Assembly: GCF_049075655.1 (NCBI RefSeq)
Contig: NZ_CP157522.1
Span: 992,001-1,056,000 of the forward strand
Length of the DNA stretch: 64,000 nucleotides
Reading direction: 5' to 3'
Source: Methanothermococcus sp. Ax23
Lineage (GTDB): Archaea; AGJL01; Methanococci; Methanococcales; Methanococcaceae
Shown here: positions 9,938 to 20,456 of the stretch, in pieces
How positions within the stretch are numbered: position 1 is the first letter of the stretch
Layout of the letters: every line of letters begins with the position of its first letter
Notes under the pieces: generated by a model
What the model was told of the DNA's origin: nothing
The model's database searches: none
What the model saw: only the letters and a program-made list of their open reading frames with translations
Program-made: the position numbers and the translations under genes

Positions 9938-11299
9938 TTATTTATCGATATCATGTTCCACCTCTAATGCACGCATAACAGCCGCCATTTTTCTCTCGGT
10001 TTCGATATATTCATTTTCAGGAACAGAATCCGCAACTATTCCAGCTCCTGCTCTTAATCTAATGGTATCGTTGTCTATTTCTGCCATTCTTATGGCTATT
10101 GCAGTATCTGCGTGATTACTCAGTGAGAAATACCCCACAGCACCGCCGTATATTTTTCTTCTGGATTTTTCCAGTTCATCAATTATTTCCATTGCCCTAT
10201 ATTTCGGAGCTCCTGTTAATGTTCCCGCAGGGAATGATGCCTCTATTGCATCGAACATTGTAGCACTGTCTTTTAACTCCCCGATTACCTCACTTTCTAT
10301 GTGCTGAACATGACTGTATCTTATTACCTCAAAGAATCTAGTTAATTCAACAGTTCCAGATTTTGATATCTTTCTTACATCGTTTCTTGCCAAATCAACA
10401 AGCATCATGTGTTCAGCTCTTTCTTTCTCATCATTAAGGAGCTTTTCAGCAAGTTCTTTTGTTTCTTCCTCGGTTTTTCCAACTTTCGTAGTTCCCGCAA
10501 TTGGATTTATTTTTAAAATACTGTTCTCAACTGATGCCATTGTCTCAGGAGACGCCCCCACAACATCCTTTTCAAATTCAAGCAAAAACATATAAGGACT
10601 TGGGTTGAGCTCTCTCAAATTTCGATATATTTTAAATGCTGAATAATCGCTTTTTAATTGATACTCCCTTGATATTACAACTTGGAAGGCATCACCGCTG
10701 TAAATATAGTCCTTTGTTTTTTCCACCATTTCCATAAAATCGTTTTTATTTGCATCGCATCCAACGATATTTGTTCCGCCTTTTTCATCCACTATTTCGG
10801 ATTTTTTAGCTTTTTCAATAACTCTTTCGGCATTTTTCATTTCTTCAAGAGAATTGTTTAATGACAGGTAGTAATATCTGTTTAGTATGTGGTCATAAAC
10901 ATAAACATTGTTGTAATATCCAAATACAGAAGCTTCCTCAATATCTCCGCCGATATAGTTATGTATCGTATCATAGGCGAAGTATCCTAAAAAACCTCCC
11001 GTAAATCTCTCGTTTAATTCAATATTGCTAATTTCTTTTTTGTTTTTTATTTCTGATTCAAATATCTCTTTTAATGCCTTAAATGGATTACTTTCCTTTG
11101 AAACTGTGCTGTTGCCTATTTTTGTATTATTTTTAATATTTACAACAAACTCTGGATTTGAAGATATATATGTATATCTCGCTTTTGAAGGGTGTTTGTC
11201 CCTCGACTCTAAAATAAATGGATATTCCCCTTCCTCTCTTAAAACATTATACAGTTTCAATGGGTCGATATAATCAAACTTCTGCCTAAATAGCTTCAT
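9938..11299 (-). CDS. trpE: Anthranilate synthase component I
   Basis: NPSPY, PIAGT, KERAEHMMLVDLARND, FPAGTLTGAPK, AGAGIVADS. Confidence 0.96.
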   Translation of the reverse strand: MKLFRQKFDYIDPLKLYNVLREEGEYPFILESRDKHPSKARYTYISSNPEFVVNIKNNTKIGNSTVSKESNPFKALKEIFESEIKNKKEISNIELNERFTGGFLGYFAYDTIHNYIGGDIEEASVFGYYNNVYVYDHILNRYYYLSLNNSLEEMKNAERVIEKAKKSEIVDEKGGTNIVGCDANKNDFMEMVEKTKDYIYSGDAFQVVISREYQLKSDYSAFKIYRNLRELNPSPYMFLLEFEKDVVGASPETMASVENSILKINPIAGTTKVGKTEEETKELAEKLLNDEKERAEHMMLVDLARNDVRKISKSGTVELTRFFEVIRYSHVQHIESEVIGELKDSATMFDAIEASFPAGTLTGAPKYRAMEIIDELEKSRRKIYGGAVGYFSLSNHADTAIAIRMAEIDNDTIRLRAGAGIVADSVPENEYIETERKMAAVMRALEVEHDIDK

Positions 11300-11317
11300 A
11301 CTATCCCATTCTATCTT

Positions 11318-12346
11318 TTATTTATAATTTTGAATTTTTGTCAATTTATTTAATACAATTCCATCATCAATGGCATTTTTTGCCATTTCGAGACCTTCCT
11401 TATAATCTGATGCCACATCTGATGCATAAAGGGCCGCAGCAGCATTCAATAGTATAAAGCCCCTATTCTCATTAATTTTTCCTGAAAATATCTCAAAATC
11501 CTTCGGATTTTTACGATTTCCTTCGCTTCGCTCGAAAACCTCGATTATTCTTTTGGCACTTTCATCAGGGCTTCCGCATGGAATAGGTTTTGAAGGGGTT
11601 AATCCAATATCCCTTGGATGTATCTGGTATATTTCATTTTCCTTATTTTCGTTTATTTCGCAAATTGTAGAATAATCATTTGGGTTTAATTCATCCAATC
11701 CATTTCCATAAACTACAAGAGCTCTTTTAACACCAAGGAGTTTTAATGCATCCCCAACTTTTTCAACTAAATCAGGGGAATTTACTCCCATAATCTGATA
11801 ATCAGGGTTTGCAGGGTTTGCAAGTGGTCCCAATATATTGAATATTGTTTTTATCCCCAATTCTTTTCTAACAGGCATTATTTTTTTCAATGCAGGGTGA
11901 TATTTTGGAGCAAACAAAAACACAAAGTTTGTTTCATCAATCATTTTTTTAGCTTCCTCTGGTGTGGAATCAATTTTAATGTTCAATGCTTCCAAAACAT
12001 TTGCAGAACCGCTTTTTGAAGTAATGGATACATTTCCGTGTTTTGCAACCTTTTTAAAACATGATAATACGATAGATACAGCGGTGGAAACATTTATTGT
12101 GGAAAAACCATCCCCTCCTGTTCCGCAGGTATCACAAACACTTCCTAAATCTACTTTAACGGCATTATCTCTCATCGCCTTCGCAAAACCGGCAATTTCT
12201 TCGGAAGTAAAGCCCTTAGTTTGAAGTGCTGCAAGATATGCCCCTATTCTTATTTCACTTTCATTTAAAAGGTTATTGAATAAATTATATGCCTCTTCAT
12301 AAGTTAAATCCTTTCTATCCACTATTTTATTTAATAAGTCGTTCAT
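11318..12346 (-). CDS. trpD: Anthranilate phosphoribosyltransferase (with 16-aa hairpin-derived insertion)
   Basis: DTCGTGGDG, KHGN, SKSGSA, FNILGPLANP. Confidence 0.96.
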   Translation of the reverse strand: MNDLLNKIVDRKDLTYEEAYNLFNNLLNESEIRIGAYLAALQTKGFTSEEIAGFAKAMRDNAVKVDLGSVCDTCGTGGDGFSTINVSTAVSIVLSCFKKVAKHGNVSITSKSGSANVLEALNIKIDSTPEEAKKMIDETNFVFLFAPKYHPALKKIMPVRKELGIKTIFNILGPLANPANPDYQIMGVNSPDLVEKVGDALKLLGVKRALVVYGNGLDELNPNDYSTICEINENKENEIYQIHPRDIGLTPSKPIPCGSPDESAKRIIEVFERSEGNRKNPKDFEIFSGKINENRGFILLNAAAALYASDVASDYKEGLEMAKNAIDDGIVLNKLTKIQNYK

Positions 12347-13074
12347 AATTTCGCCTCCACAAATGATTTAACAAATTCCTCCATATTTTTTGCCTTCATA
12401 AAGCTTGTTCCTATAAGTGCCGCATCGGCATACTTTAAAGCTATTCTTAAATCATCTATCGAGCCAATACCGCTTTCACTAACAAATACTACATCCTTTG
12501 GAATTAAATTGGATAGTTGTTCCGTAAGGGATACTGTTCCATCGTCGAGCTCTAACTTTGTAATATCTCTATTATTAACACCAATCATTGTGGTGTTTGT
12601 ATCCTTTGCTATGTCAATTTCCTCCTTATTATGAACTTCCACAAGAGTATCCAATCCATGTTCAAGGGCATAATCAACGAATTCGGCTGTTTCATCCTTT
12701 AACATTCTCGCTATTATTAATATCGCCCCTCCCTCTGCTTCTGCTGTTTTTTCAATCTCATCTTTTGTGGTGATGAAATCCTTTCTTAAAACCGGGAGCT
12801 CGGTTGATGCACATATTTTTTTGAACATGTCAAAGTTCCCGTTAAAGTATTTTTTAGCGGTAATGTAGGATATTCCCGCAGCTCCTGCATTTTCATATAT
12901 TCTAAGAATATCTATTTCATCCCTTCCTTTAAGCATATCGCCATATTTTGGAGAATGGACTTTTATTTCTGCTATTATTGGATTTCTGCACTTGTGCGGA
13001 AATTCACAAATCTCTGATTTGGGTAAATTTTTGCTATTATTTTTTGTGTTTATTATTGAATTGACCATCTTCAT
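12343..13074 (-). CDS. trpC: Indole-3-glycerol phosphate synthase (with 15-aa hairpin-derived insertion)
   Basis: IIAEIK..SP, LRKDF, LVEVH, GVNNR, VSESGI. Confidence 0.95.
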   Translation of the reverse strand: MKMVNSIINTKNNSKNLPKSEICEFPHKCRNPIIAEIKVHSPKYGDMLKGRDEIDILRIYENAGAAGISYITAKKYFNGNFDMFKKICASTELPVLRKDFITTKDEIEKTAEAEGGAILIIARMLKDETAEFVDYALEHGLDTLVEVHNKEEIDIAKDTNTTMIGVNNRDITKLELDDGTVSLTEQLSNLIPKDVVFVSESGIGSIDDLRIALKYADAALIGTSFMKAKNMEEFVKSFVEAKL

Positions 13075-13225
13075 GATATCACCAGTTAATAGTTATGCTT
13101 ATATTAATATAATCATTAAATTAAATATATAAGTTAATAATTATAGGGGCTATTATGGCAAATAACCACATATTTGATAACATTTGAAAAGCATTTAATA
13201 TTTACACTAACAACTATTTAAAAAA

Positions 13226-13324
13226 TCACCACCATCTCCAAACAACATTGGAGTGGTTGCTAAAAAAAGAATCCATTTTATATATGTTCGAGATTTTCGT
13301 TCTCTTTATGTTGGATAATTCCAT
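13226..13324 (-). CDS. Putative trp operon leader peptide MELSNIKRTKISNIYKMDSFFSNHSNVVWRWW (32 aa)
   Basis: AAGGTG RBS 5 nt before ATG at 13324; ends TGG AGA TGG TGG TGA followed by T6; same strand as and ~150 bp upstream of trpC. Confidence 0.78.
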   Translation of the reverse strand: MELSNIKRTKISNIYKMDSFFSNHSNVVWRWW

Positions 13325-13373
13325 ATTTGCACCTTATTGGAAAATTATAATTAAAAAATATAATTTTATAGTA

Positions 13374-13387
13374 TATATAATTTTTTG
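13374..13387 (-). promoter_or_regulatory. BRE/TATA promoter for trp leader
   Basis: Minus strand CAAAAAA-TTATATA about 50 nt upstream of the leader ATG. Confidence 0.55.
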
Positions 13388-13451
13388 ATATCTTATGTCA
13401 AATTAATATTATTTAATCTAGTTAATCTATTTATTTAATCTATTGTGCCTT

Positions 13452-14126
13452 TTAAATATATTTTTCCATAGAAGTATCCCAATACTGTGTGTGGATATAA
13501 TATAATAACATCCCAAATATCCAAATGGCTACTGGAATTAATATAACAGTCATGGCAAATATAAATGCCACAATATATAATATTATCTCCAATATCACCA
13601 CTACAATAGTTAGTATAATATTGAATATTAAAATATCAAGCCATGTTTTTTTCAATATGTCAAATATGGTTCTAAATTCAAATATTGACGATAATTTACC
13701 TGTATTGGCATAATGAGATAATGCAATTGGAGTGATTAATGCAAATATTATAAGACATAATATATAAAAAATCAAAAATAATATAAAAATCAACATCATC
13801 ATAACGCCAAGTCCGGCTGTTCTATCATCAAGGATTAATAAAAAACCTCCTCCTAAAAATACATACCCAATTATCAGTATGATAATCGGAATTATGGCAT
13901 ATATTAAGATAATCACTATCCCAATAATTCCCCCAATAAACTGATTAACAATATTAAATTCAGGTAATTTGTTTTCAAATCCGCCGGAAACAAGTTTTAT
14001 TATATCTATCATATATCCATATAATGCCAAATTGAGAATTGGTATTGCCCCAATTATTCCACCAATGGCAAGTTTCTTTTTCCAATTTTCATCATTGAAC
14101 AAATATTTAAATGATTCAGATATCAT
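13452..14126 (-). CDS. DUF4013-type membrane protein (possible frameshift near C-terminus)
   Basis: ESFKY..NWKKKLAIGG, GY...IIK, LPEF, multiple TM segments. Confidence 0.7.
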   Translation of the reverse strand: MISESFKYLFNDENWKKKLAIGGIIGAIPILNLALYGYMIDIIKLVSGGFENKLPEFNIVNQFIGGIIGIVIILIYAIIPIIILIIGYVFLGGGFLLILDDRTAGLGVMMMLIFILFLIFYILCLIIFALITPIALSHYANTGKLSSIFEFRTIFDILKKTWLDILIFNIILTIVVVILEIILYIVAFIFAMTVILIPVAIWIFGMLLYYIHTQYWDTSMEKYI

Positions 14127-14362
14127 TGTACCCCTCCAACTTTTTTAAGAGCTCATCTGCAATACTCAAAAACACAGGAAGTATATAAAACACTCCGACA
14201 AAACCTGCAATAAGTCCCGTAATCAATCGCAATTCATTAAAGCTTTCCCTTAATCCTATCAGTTGAGTAGTTCCATCAATTCCCATAGGTATCAATGCCA
14301 TAATTAAATACCATTTGTTGGGTGTTTTAAAGTCATTTAGTTTTTTTACTGTCAAATTTCAT
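14116..14362 (-). pseudogene. DUF2085-type membrane protein remnant
   Basis: PMGIDGTTQLIGLRES.NELRL.TG C-terminal half only; the RBS-linked ATG at 14362 is out of frame with it and stops after 9 codons. Confidence 0.65.
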
Positions 14363-14422
14363 AATACCTCCCCTTAATTCTATATTTATATTTACAAATT
14401 TAATATTTAATATTTGTAATAT

Positions 14423-15688
14423 TTAAACATTTCCACATGCATCATACACTTCTCCATTAATAATAGTATATATCGGAGCTCCCCTTACACACCACCCTTC
14501 AAATGGTGTAAATTTAGCCTTAGATTTAAAGTTCTCACCTCTTATAATAATTTCCCTATCCAACTCAACAATCGTTAAATTTGCTTTATTTCCTTCCCTT
14601 ATCTCATTATCAATATTAAATATTTTTGATGGATTTTCCGATAGAACCCTTACAGCATCAAATATGTTAATTATCCCCTTATTTACCAAATCAAGCGTCA
14701 ATGGAACAAGAGTTTCAATTCCTGGAATTCCAGAAGGGCAGTTCTCCACGGAATTATTTTTTTCTTCATAAGTATGTGGTGCGTGGTCTGTTGCTATTAT
14801 ATCTATTTCTTTATTTACTATACCATTTATAAGTGCCTTATTGTCTTCTTTTGTTCTAAGCGGTGGATTAAATTTCCCCATCCCTTTTAATTCCTTAGCC
14901 ATATCCATATTTAAAAATATATGGTGCGGTGCAACTTCCGCAGTGATTTTAACATTTTTAAATTTAACTTTTGCATCAGTGATTAAATTTAGCCCCTCTT
15001 TTGTGGATACATGGCAGAAATGGACATGCGGCTTTTTATCATTTAATTTATCGATTATTTCTAAATTCCTTAAAACTTCTTTCACTGCCTCAATTTCGCT
15101 TCTTTTGTCCCTTATCTTACAATGGTTAGTCCAGCTGGTGAGCTCATATTTTTTTAAGTTTTCAGCAATTACATCCTTATGTTCCGCATGTATTGTAAAT
15201 AGTTTATTTTGGTTTAAAATGTCCTTTAATTTTGAATACTCGCTTATGAATAAGTCCCCAACGGATTTTACCATAAAAATCTTGTAGGATTTTGCATCCT
15301 TTATGGTTTCCATGTAGTTATTTTCAGTAATTCCAAAGTTGAATTCAATATTTATCTTACTTTGATTTTTCCCTTCATGATATTTTTTATAGAAGAGCTC
15401 CGTTGTGGTGGTTGGTGGGTTGCTGTTGGGCATGTCTATGGCATAAGCTACACCGCCGTTAATAGCTGCTTCGCTTCCACTTATGAAATCCTCCTTTTCA
15501 GGTTGCCCATATCTAAAATGAACATGGGAGTCAATAATTCCCCCCATAACTATTTTTCCTTTTAAATCGATTTTCCGCCCATCATGGTTAATATTTTTAC
15601 CTATTTTTTTAATTTCATCCCCTTCGATTAAAATATCTGCTTCGATTATATTGTTATTTTTTATTATTTTGCAGTTTTTTAGAAGCAT
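14423..15688 (-). CDS. pyrC: Dihydroorotase
   Basis: DSHVHFR, DMPN, HAE, NPPLR, ATDHAPH. Confidence 0.93.
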   Translation of the reverse strand: MLLKNCKIIKNNNIIEADILIEGDEIKKIGKNINHDGRKIDLKGKIVMGGIIDSHVHFRYGQPEKEDFISGSEAAINGGVAYAIDMPNSNPPTTTTELFYKKYHEGKNQSKINIEFNFGITENNYMETIKDAKSYKIFMVKSVGDLFISEYSKLKDILNQNKLFTIHAEHKDVIAENLKKYELTSWTNHCKIRDKRSEIEAVKEVLRNLEIIDKLNDKKPHVHFCHVSTKEGLNLITDAKVKFKNVKITAEVAPHHIFLNMDMAKELKGMGKFNPPLRTKEDNKALINGIVNKEIDIIATDHAPHTYEEKNNSVENCPSGIPGIETLVPLTLDLVNKGIINIFDAVRVLSENPSKIFNIDNEIREGNKANLTIVELDREIIIRGENFKSKAKFTPFEGWCVRGAPIYTIINGEVYDACGNV

Positions 15689-15843
15689 TTTTTCACCGCT
15701 ATTGTTATTGGATTATTATTAAAAATATTATGAATTCCAAAAGATAAAAATATATTGTAAATAAAAATAAAAAGTTAAAATTACTTAAAATCAAACATAA
15801 AAAACATAAAACAAAGTAAATATTAAAAAGGAGTATTTATTAT

Positions 15844-17571
15844 TTACTTATGTGCAAAATAGCATATTACTTCGTCATCCTTCTTTTCATCCACTCTTAC
15901 AAATCCAAATCTCTCAAACTGGACAATTTCATCAACAGATACTATTTTAAAGTCCTTTTCTGCAAATCCAATGTGCTCTTCTCCGTTGGTGTCGATTACC
16001 TTTGTTTTTACTGCATCATTTACTGGAATCCAGTGTATGATTTTTGCCTTATTTTGCCTTGCAATTTTAAAGTCATCACTGTGATATTTTGCATATATTG
16101 TATTGTTTTCGATTTTTTCTATAGTTATGTTGAATAATTCCATCAATCTATACATTTTTCCAATCTCCAAATCATCTGAGACATATATATTTCCATCAAA
16201 TATGAGCTCCCTTGTTCCTAAGTCTTCCCTATCTGGGTGAGCTCTTAAATTTAAAACTGTATTTTCTGCACCTTCTATTACAACCTTCTTTGGATTTTCC
16301 ACAAAGAAGAACCTTCTTGCGTCCTTATCTATTATATCCTTATTTGCGGCGTAGAGATTTTCCCATGAGAACTTAACATCAGCCTGCTTTATACCTATTT
16401 CTGTCATCAATTTATATATTGCCTCTGGTTTTATGCCTCTTCTTTTTAGAGCTCTAAGGGTTCCCAATCTTGGGTCATCCCATCCTTTATATTCTCCCTC
16501 CAAAATACCGGCGTGCATTTTTGACGTGCTTAAAACAGGTCCTTCTATCGGAGTGAGCGAAGCGAGCGAAGAGCTACAAAAATCACTTTGTGATTTTTGT
16601 CCAATCTTTAAAATACCGTAGTGAATGTATTCTGGCATTTCCCATCCAAAGTAATCAAATATATACTTCTGCTTTTCTGTATTCACTATGTGGTCTTTCC
16701 CTCTTAATACATGGGTCATGCCAAGTAAATGGTCATCAACTGGAACAGAGAAGTTCATTAATGGATATACGCAGTATTTATCCCCAGTTCTTGGGTGTGG
16801 TGTTTTTTCAATTCTGAATATTGGGAAGTCCCTTATTGACGGGTTTTTATGCTCTATGTCGGTTTTTAATCTAACTGCCACATTTTCCAGCTCACCATTT
16901 AACATCTTCTCCCAAAGTTCAAGGTTTCTTTCTACTCCCAAGTCTCTACATTGACATGCTGTTCCATTTGCCCTGAGCTCTCTAAATTCCTCAGGGTCGC
17001 ACTCACAAACATAGGCATATCCCATTTCAATTAATTTTCTTCCGTATTCGTAGTAAATTTCCATTCTATCGGATTGGATGACAACATCGTCTATTTTTAC
17101 TCCAAGCCATTCTAAATCCTCTTTTATCATGTCATAAGCTTCTGGAAGAACTCTTTTTGGGTCTGTATCTTCAAGTCTTAAAATTAATTTTCCATTGTAT
17201 TTTTTTGAAAAGTAATCATTTAAAACTGCCGCTCTTGCATGTCCAAGATGAAGGGGTCCAGAAGGGTTTGGTGCAAATCTCATTACAACAGTGTCTTTTA
17301 CATTTTTTAATGCGAGCTCTTTCTTTTTCCTTGTGGTAGTTTTTGCCTCTAAAAATTCTGGTGCAATTTCTTCTAACTTTGCTTTTTGTTCTTCCAATGG
17401 CATTGATTCAACTTCTTTTGCTATTTCCGCCACTATTTTGGAAACTTCTTTTGCTTCCTTTCTTAAATCTGGATTTTCTGCCAATATTTTTCCTATTACT
17501 GCTTTTGGATTTGCTTTTCCCTTGAATCTAATAGAATTTTGAAGAACATATTTTAAAATAGTGTCTCTCAA
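15844..17571 (-). CDS. gltX: Glutamyl-tRNA synthetase (with 19-aa hairpin-derived insertion)
   Basis: [34 protein letters not shown]. Confidence 0.97.
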   Translation of the reverse strand: MRDTILKYVLQNSIRFKGKANPKAVIGKILAENPDLRKEAKEVSKIVAEIAKEVESMPLEEQKAKLEEIAPEFLEAKTTTRKKKELALKNVKDTVVMRFAPNPSGPLHLGHARAAVLNDYFSKKYNGKLILRLEDTDPKRVLPEAYDMIKEDLEWLGVKIDDVVIQSDRMEIYYEYGRKLIEMGYAYVCECDPEEFRELRANGTACQCRDLGVERNLELWEKMLNGELENVAVRLKTDIEHKNPSIRDFPIFRIEKTPHPRTGDKYCVYPLMNFSVPVDDHLLGMTHVLRGKDHIVNTEKQKYIFDYFGWEMPEYIHYGILKIGQKSQSDFCSSSLASLTPIEGPVLSTSKMHAGILEGEYKGWDDPRLGTLRALKRRGIKPEAIYKLMTEIGIKQADVKFSWENLYAANKDIIDKDARRFFFVENPKKVVIEGAENTVLNLRAHPDREDLGTRELIFDGNIYVSDDLEIGKMYRLMELFNITIEKIENNTIYAKYHSDDFKIARQNKAKIIHWIPVNDAVKTKVIDTNGEEHIGFAEKDFKIVSVDEIVQFERFGFVRVDEKKDDEVICYFAHK

Positions 17572-17703
17572 TGTTTCACCTGATTAATTTGTAAAAAATA
17601 AAAGATTTATTAAAATTAGGATTTAAAATATTAAAAAAATTATTATTGATTATTGTTCATTATTTACATTATTTATTATTTTTTATTATTTCCTTATTTT
17701 ATT

Positions 17704-18939
17704 TTATTCTTTGAAATACTTGTATCCTGATGACAACAAGGCAGCTCCTACTGCACCAATGTGCTGTGAGTGCGGTGGAACAATGATTTCTTTACCAAGT
17801 ATCTCTTCCAATGCAAGCACCATACCTTTCAAAAGACTGCTTCCTCCAACAAGTATTACTGGGTCTCTTACATCCACTTCCTGCAACTGCTGTTCATAAA
17901 TCTGCTCTGCAACTGAGTGAGCTGCCGCCGCCGCCACATCCTTAGGTTCTGCACCACCTGCAAGAGCTGTGACTAAATCCTGAATACCAAATACAATACA
18001 GTAGCTGTTCATCATTACATTCTTCCAATCTCCCTCTGCGGCTAAGTCCCCGAGCTCCTGTATGGATACATCCAATCTTCTTGCAGTAATTTCAAAGAAC
18101 CTACCACTTGCACCTGCACAGATACCTCCCATTGTAAAGTTGTCAGGTATGGCATTGTTTAAGGATATTGCCTTGTTATCCATACCCCCAATATCAATTA
18201 CAGTAGCCTCTCCTTCCTGCTTTCCAGCTAAAAATGCCGCACCTTTTGAATTAACTGTTAATTCCTCTTGAATAAGGTCTGCTTTGAAATGCTCCCCAAG
18301 TGTATGTCTTCCATATCCTGTGGTTCCGATTGTTTCTATATCTTCCATCTTTAAACCAGCTTCCTTTAATGCCTCATCAATTGCCTTTTGTGCTGATTCT
18401 ATCACATCTCTTGTATATACCCATCCCTTTCCAATGATTTCGTTGTCCTGCATTATTACTGCTTTTGTTGTTGTAGAACCACTATCAAGACCTAAGCTTA
18501 TACCTTCCTGTTTCTTCCTACCTAATAGTGATTTTCTCTCCACAATTGTGGCGAGTGCCTCCATTCTTGTTGATAATTCTGATGCCTTTGTTCTCTCTGT
18601 AAATGAATACATAACAACAGGCAAATCAGTATGTTGCTGAATTAATCTCCTTACTTCGTTTCTAACCAGAGCTCCCTCAGCACACCTAAAACATGTTGCT
18701 ATAAAAACTGCCTCTGCATCTGTGTTTCCCTCGATAATGGACATTGCTCTTGCAAACATGAGTTTTAAATTTGGAGATGCTACTTCGAATCCCAAATGTT
18801 CATCAACTTTGTCAATATAGTCTAAATCCACCTCTGGAAATACAATTTCCCCGCCAACATCATTTGCCGCCTTTTCAATTTCAGCCTGAACTCCACTGTA
18901 TTCTGGACCGCATGTTAATTCAGCTATTTTTACCGTCAT
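17704..18939 (-). CDS. Methanogenesis marker protein 15 (acyl-CoA dehydratase activase-like ATPase)
   Basis: [40 protein letters not shown]. Confidence 0.88.
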   Translation of the reverse strand: MTVKIAELTCGPEYSGVQAEIEKAANDVGGEIVFPEVDLDYIDKVDEHLGFEVASPNLKLMFARAMSIIEGNTDAEAVFIATCFRCAEGALVRNEVRRLIQQHTDLPVVMYSFTERTKASELSTRMEALATIVERKSLLGRKKQEGISLGLDSGSTTTKAVIMQDNEIIGKGWVYTRDVIESAQKAIDEALKEAGLKMEDIETIGTTGYGRHTLGEHFKADLIQEELTVNSKGAAFLAGKQEGEATVIDIGGMDNKAISLNNAIPDNFTMGGICAGASGRFFEITARRLDVSIQELGDLAAEGDWKNVMMNSYCIVFGIQDLVTALAGGAEPKDVAAAAAHSVAEQIYEQQLQEVDVRDPVILVGGSSLLKGMVLALEEILGKEIIVPPHSQHIGAVGAALLSSGYKYFKE

Positions 18940-19131
18940 AATATCACCAAATTAATATAAATATGATAATTAGTATATCATTTGATAATTATTAACTAAT
19001 GTTATGGTATTTATAAATAATTATTTTATGATTTTAGTTATAATATATTGCTTGTTGAGTTAAAAACAACTACTGCCTACTATTATTACTACTTAATTTA
19101 CATCTTAATATATTTTAAACCATGGGATATT

Positions 19132-20058
19132 ATGAAAAACGATATTAAATTTAGCAATAATGAAATAAAATGTGAGATGTGTCTTAACACAAGTAAAACA
19201 TCAAAAATAATCGAATATAACGGAAAAAATATATGTGTTGAATGTTATTACTCAATGAAATATCCAAGGGATTTTAAAAAAATGAAAAAAGAAATTGAAA
19301 CTATTTTAAAAGATGGTCAAAATAAAAAAATAAAAGGGAAAAATAAAAAATACGACTGCATACTGGCATTTTCTGGTGGAAAAGATAGCGTTGTGGCGTT
19401 ATATTTACTTGTGAAAGATTTTAATGTAAATCCTTTGTGTATAACTGTGGATAATAAGTATATGTCAAAAGATGCCCTTGAAAATTGCTACAATATCACT
19501 CGACATCTAAATGTTGATTGGATGGTTTTAAGTAGGGACTATACGGAGCTCTTCAAAGAAACTATACTAAGGGGAGAATCTCCATGTAGAAGATGCTCTG
19601 AACTTGTAATGAGAGATGTTTGGAAGATGGCAAAAATGCTAAATATTGATAAAATAATCACTGGGCACGAGCTCCCCTTTGGAACTTCACCATTTAAGAA
19701 GTTGAAGGATGATATTATTATGGTAAGATTGCTCACAGGTTATAAATTAACCGATGAAGATAGACGTAATATGTTGAAGGAGCTCCCTTGGAAGAACCCG
19801 AATTTGGGAGGATATACCACAAACTGTTTAGTGCTTGCACCGGCTTTAAGGGAATTTTATAAAAAACATGGTTTTAGCTTTGAATTTAATAGAGTTTGTG
19901 CAATGGTGAGATATGGATTAATTGACAGGGGAAAAGCTATGCAAGTGTTAAAATGTCCTGAGGTTCCCGAAGAGATATATGTAGAGCTCAGAAAAAGGGG
20001 ACTTGATTTAGAAAATAACAATAGTAATAATTATTGTGATGATGATAATAATTCGTGA
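19132..20058 (+). CDS. PP-loop ATPase with Cys-rich motifs
   Basis: CEMC, CVEC, SGGKDS, PCRRC, TNC; start reassigned to ATG at 19132. Confidence 0.75.
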   Translation: MKNDIKFSNNEIKCEMCLNTSKTSKIIEYNGKNICVECYYSMKYPRDFKKMKKEIETILKDGQNKKIKGKNKKYDCILAFSGGKDSVVALYLLVKDFNVNPLCITVDNKYMSKDALENCYNITRHLNVDWMVLSRDYTELFKETILRGESPCRRCSELVMRDVWKMAKMLNIDKIITGHELPFGTSPFKKLKDDIIMVRLLTGYKLTDEDRRNMLKELPWKNPNLGGYTTNCLVLAPALREFYKKHGFSFEFNRVCAMVRYGLIDRGKAMQVLKCPEVPEEIYVELRKRGLDLENNNSNNYCDDDNNS

Positions 20059-20062
20059 TATT

Positions 20063-20290
20063 ATGATAAAATTTAAAATGGAAATTCCTGCAAATGAGGA
20101 TATATTTAAAAGCTTAGAAGTTGATGATGTATTTGATGGGTTAATTATAAAAACTACCTATGATAAAGACTTAAAAAACTTGAAATTATATGTGAAAACT
20201 AATTCAATAGGTTCCTTAAAAAACATACTTGACGATTATTTTATCAATTATGACATGGCGACGAATATTATTGGAATAAATGAAAAATAA
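20063..20290 (+). CDS. pcc1: KEOPS complex subunit Pcc1
   Basis: Small protein with IFKSLEVD and SLKNILDDY pattern. Confidence 0.65.
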   Translation: MIKFKMEIPANEDIFKSLEVDDVFDGLIIKTTYDKDLKNLKLYVKTNSIGSLKNILDDYFINYDMATNIIGINEK

Positions 20291-20383
20291 GTGAAAAATA
20301 AGTAAATTAATGAAAAATTAATGAATAAATAAACTGAAAATCTAAATCAACACGGAAATTGATAGTATATTGAAATACTGTTT

Positions 20384-20430
20384 TCGCTTGCATAGCAAGC
20401 GAGCAACGAAATCACAAAGTGATTCGTCTA
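20384..20430. repeat. Double-hairpin repeat module
   Basis: TCGCTTGC-ATA-GCAAGCGA followed by ACGAAATCAC-AAA-GTGATTCGT; variant of 1081-1130, 51319-51366, 59263-59312. Confidence 0.85.
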
Positions 20431-20456
20431 ATATATTTTATTTTTTGTTTATTCTA

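Noticed and set aside
14841-15287. Antisense ORFs here and at 9407-10115, 20860-21345, 24674-25027, 43378-43752, 56722-57111
   Set aside because: Shadow frames of well-supported genes, with no RBS or family motifs
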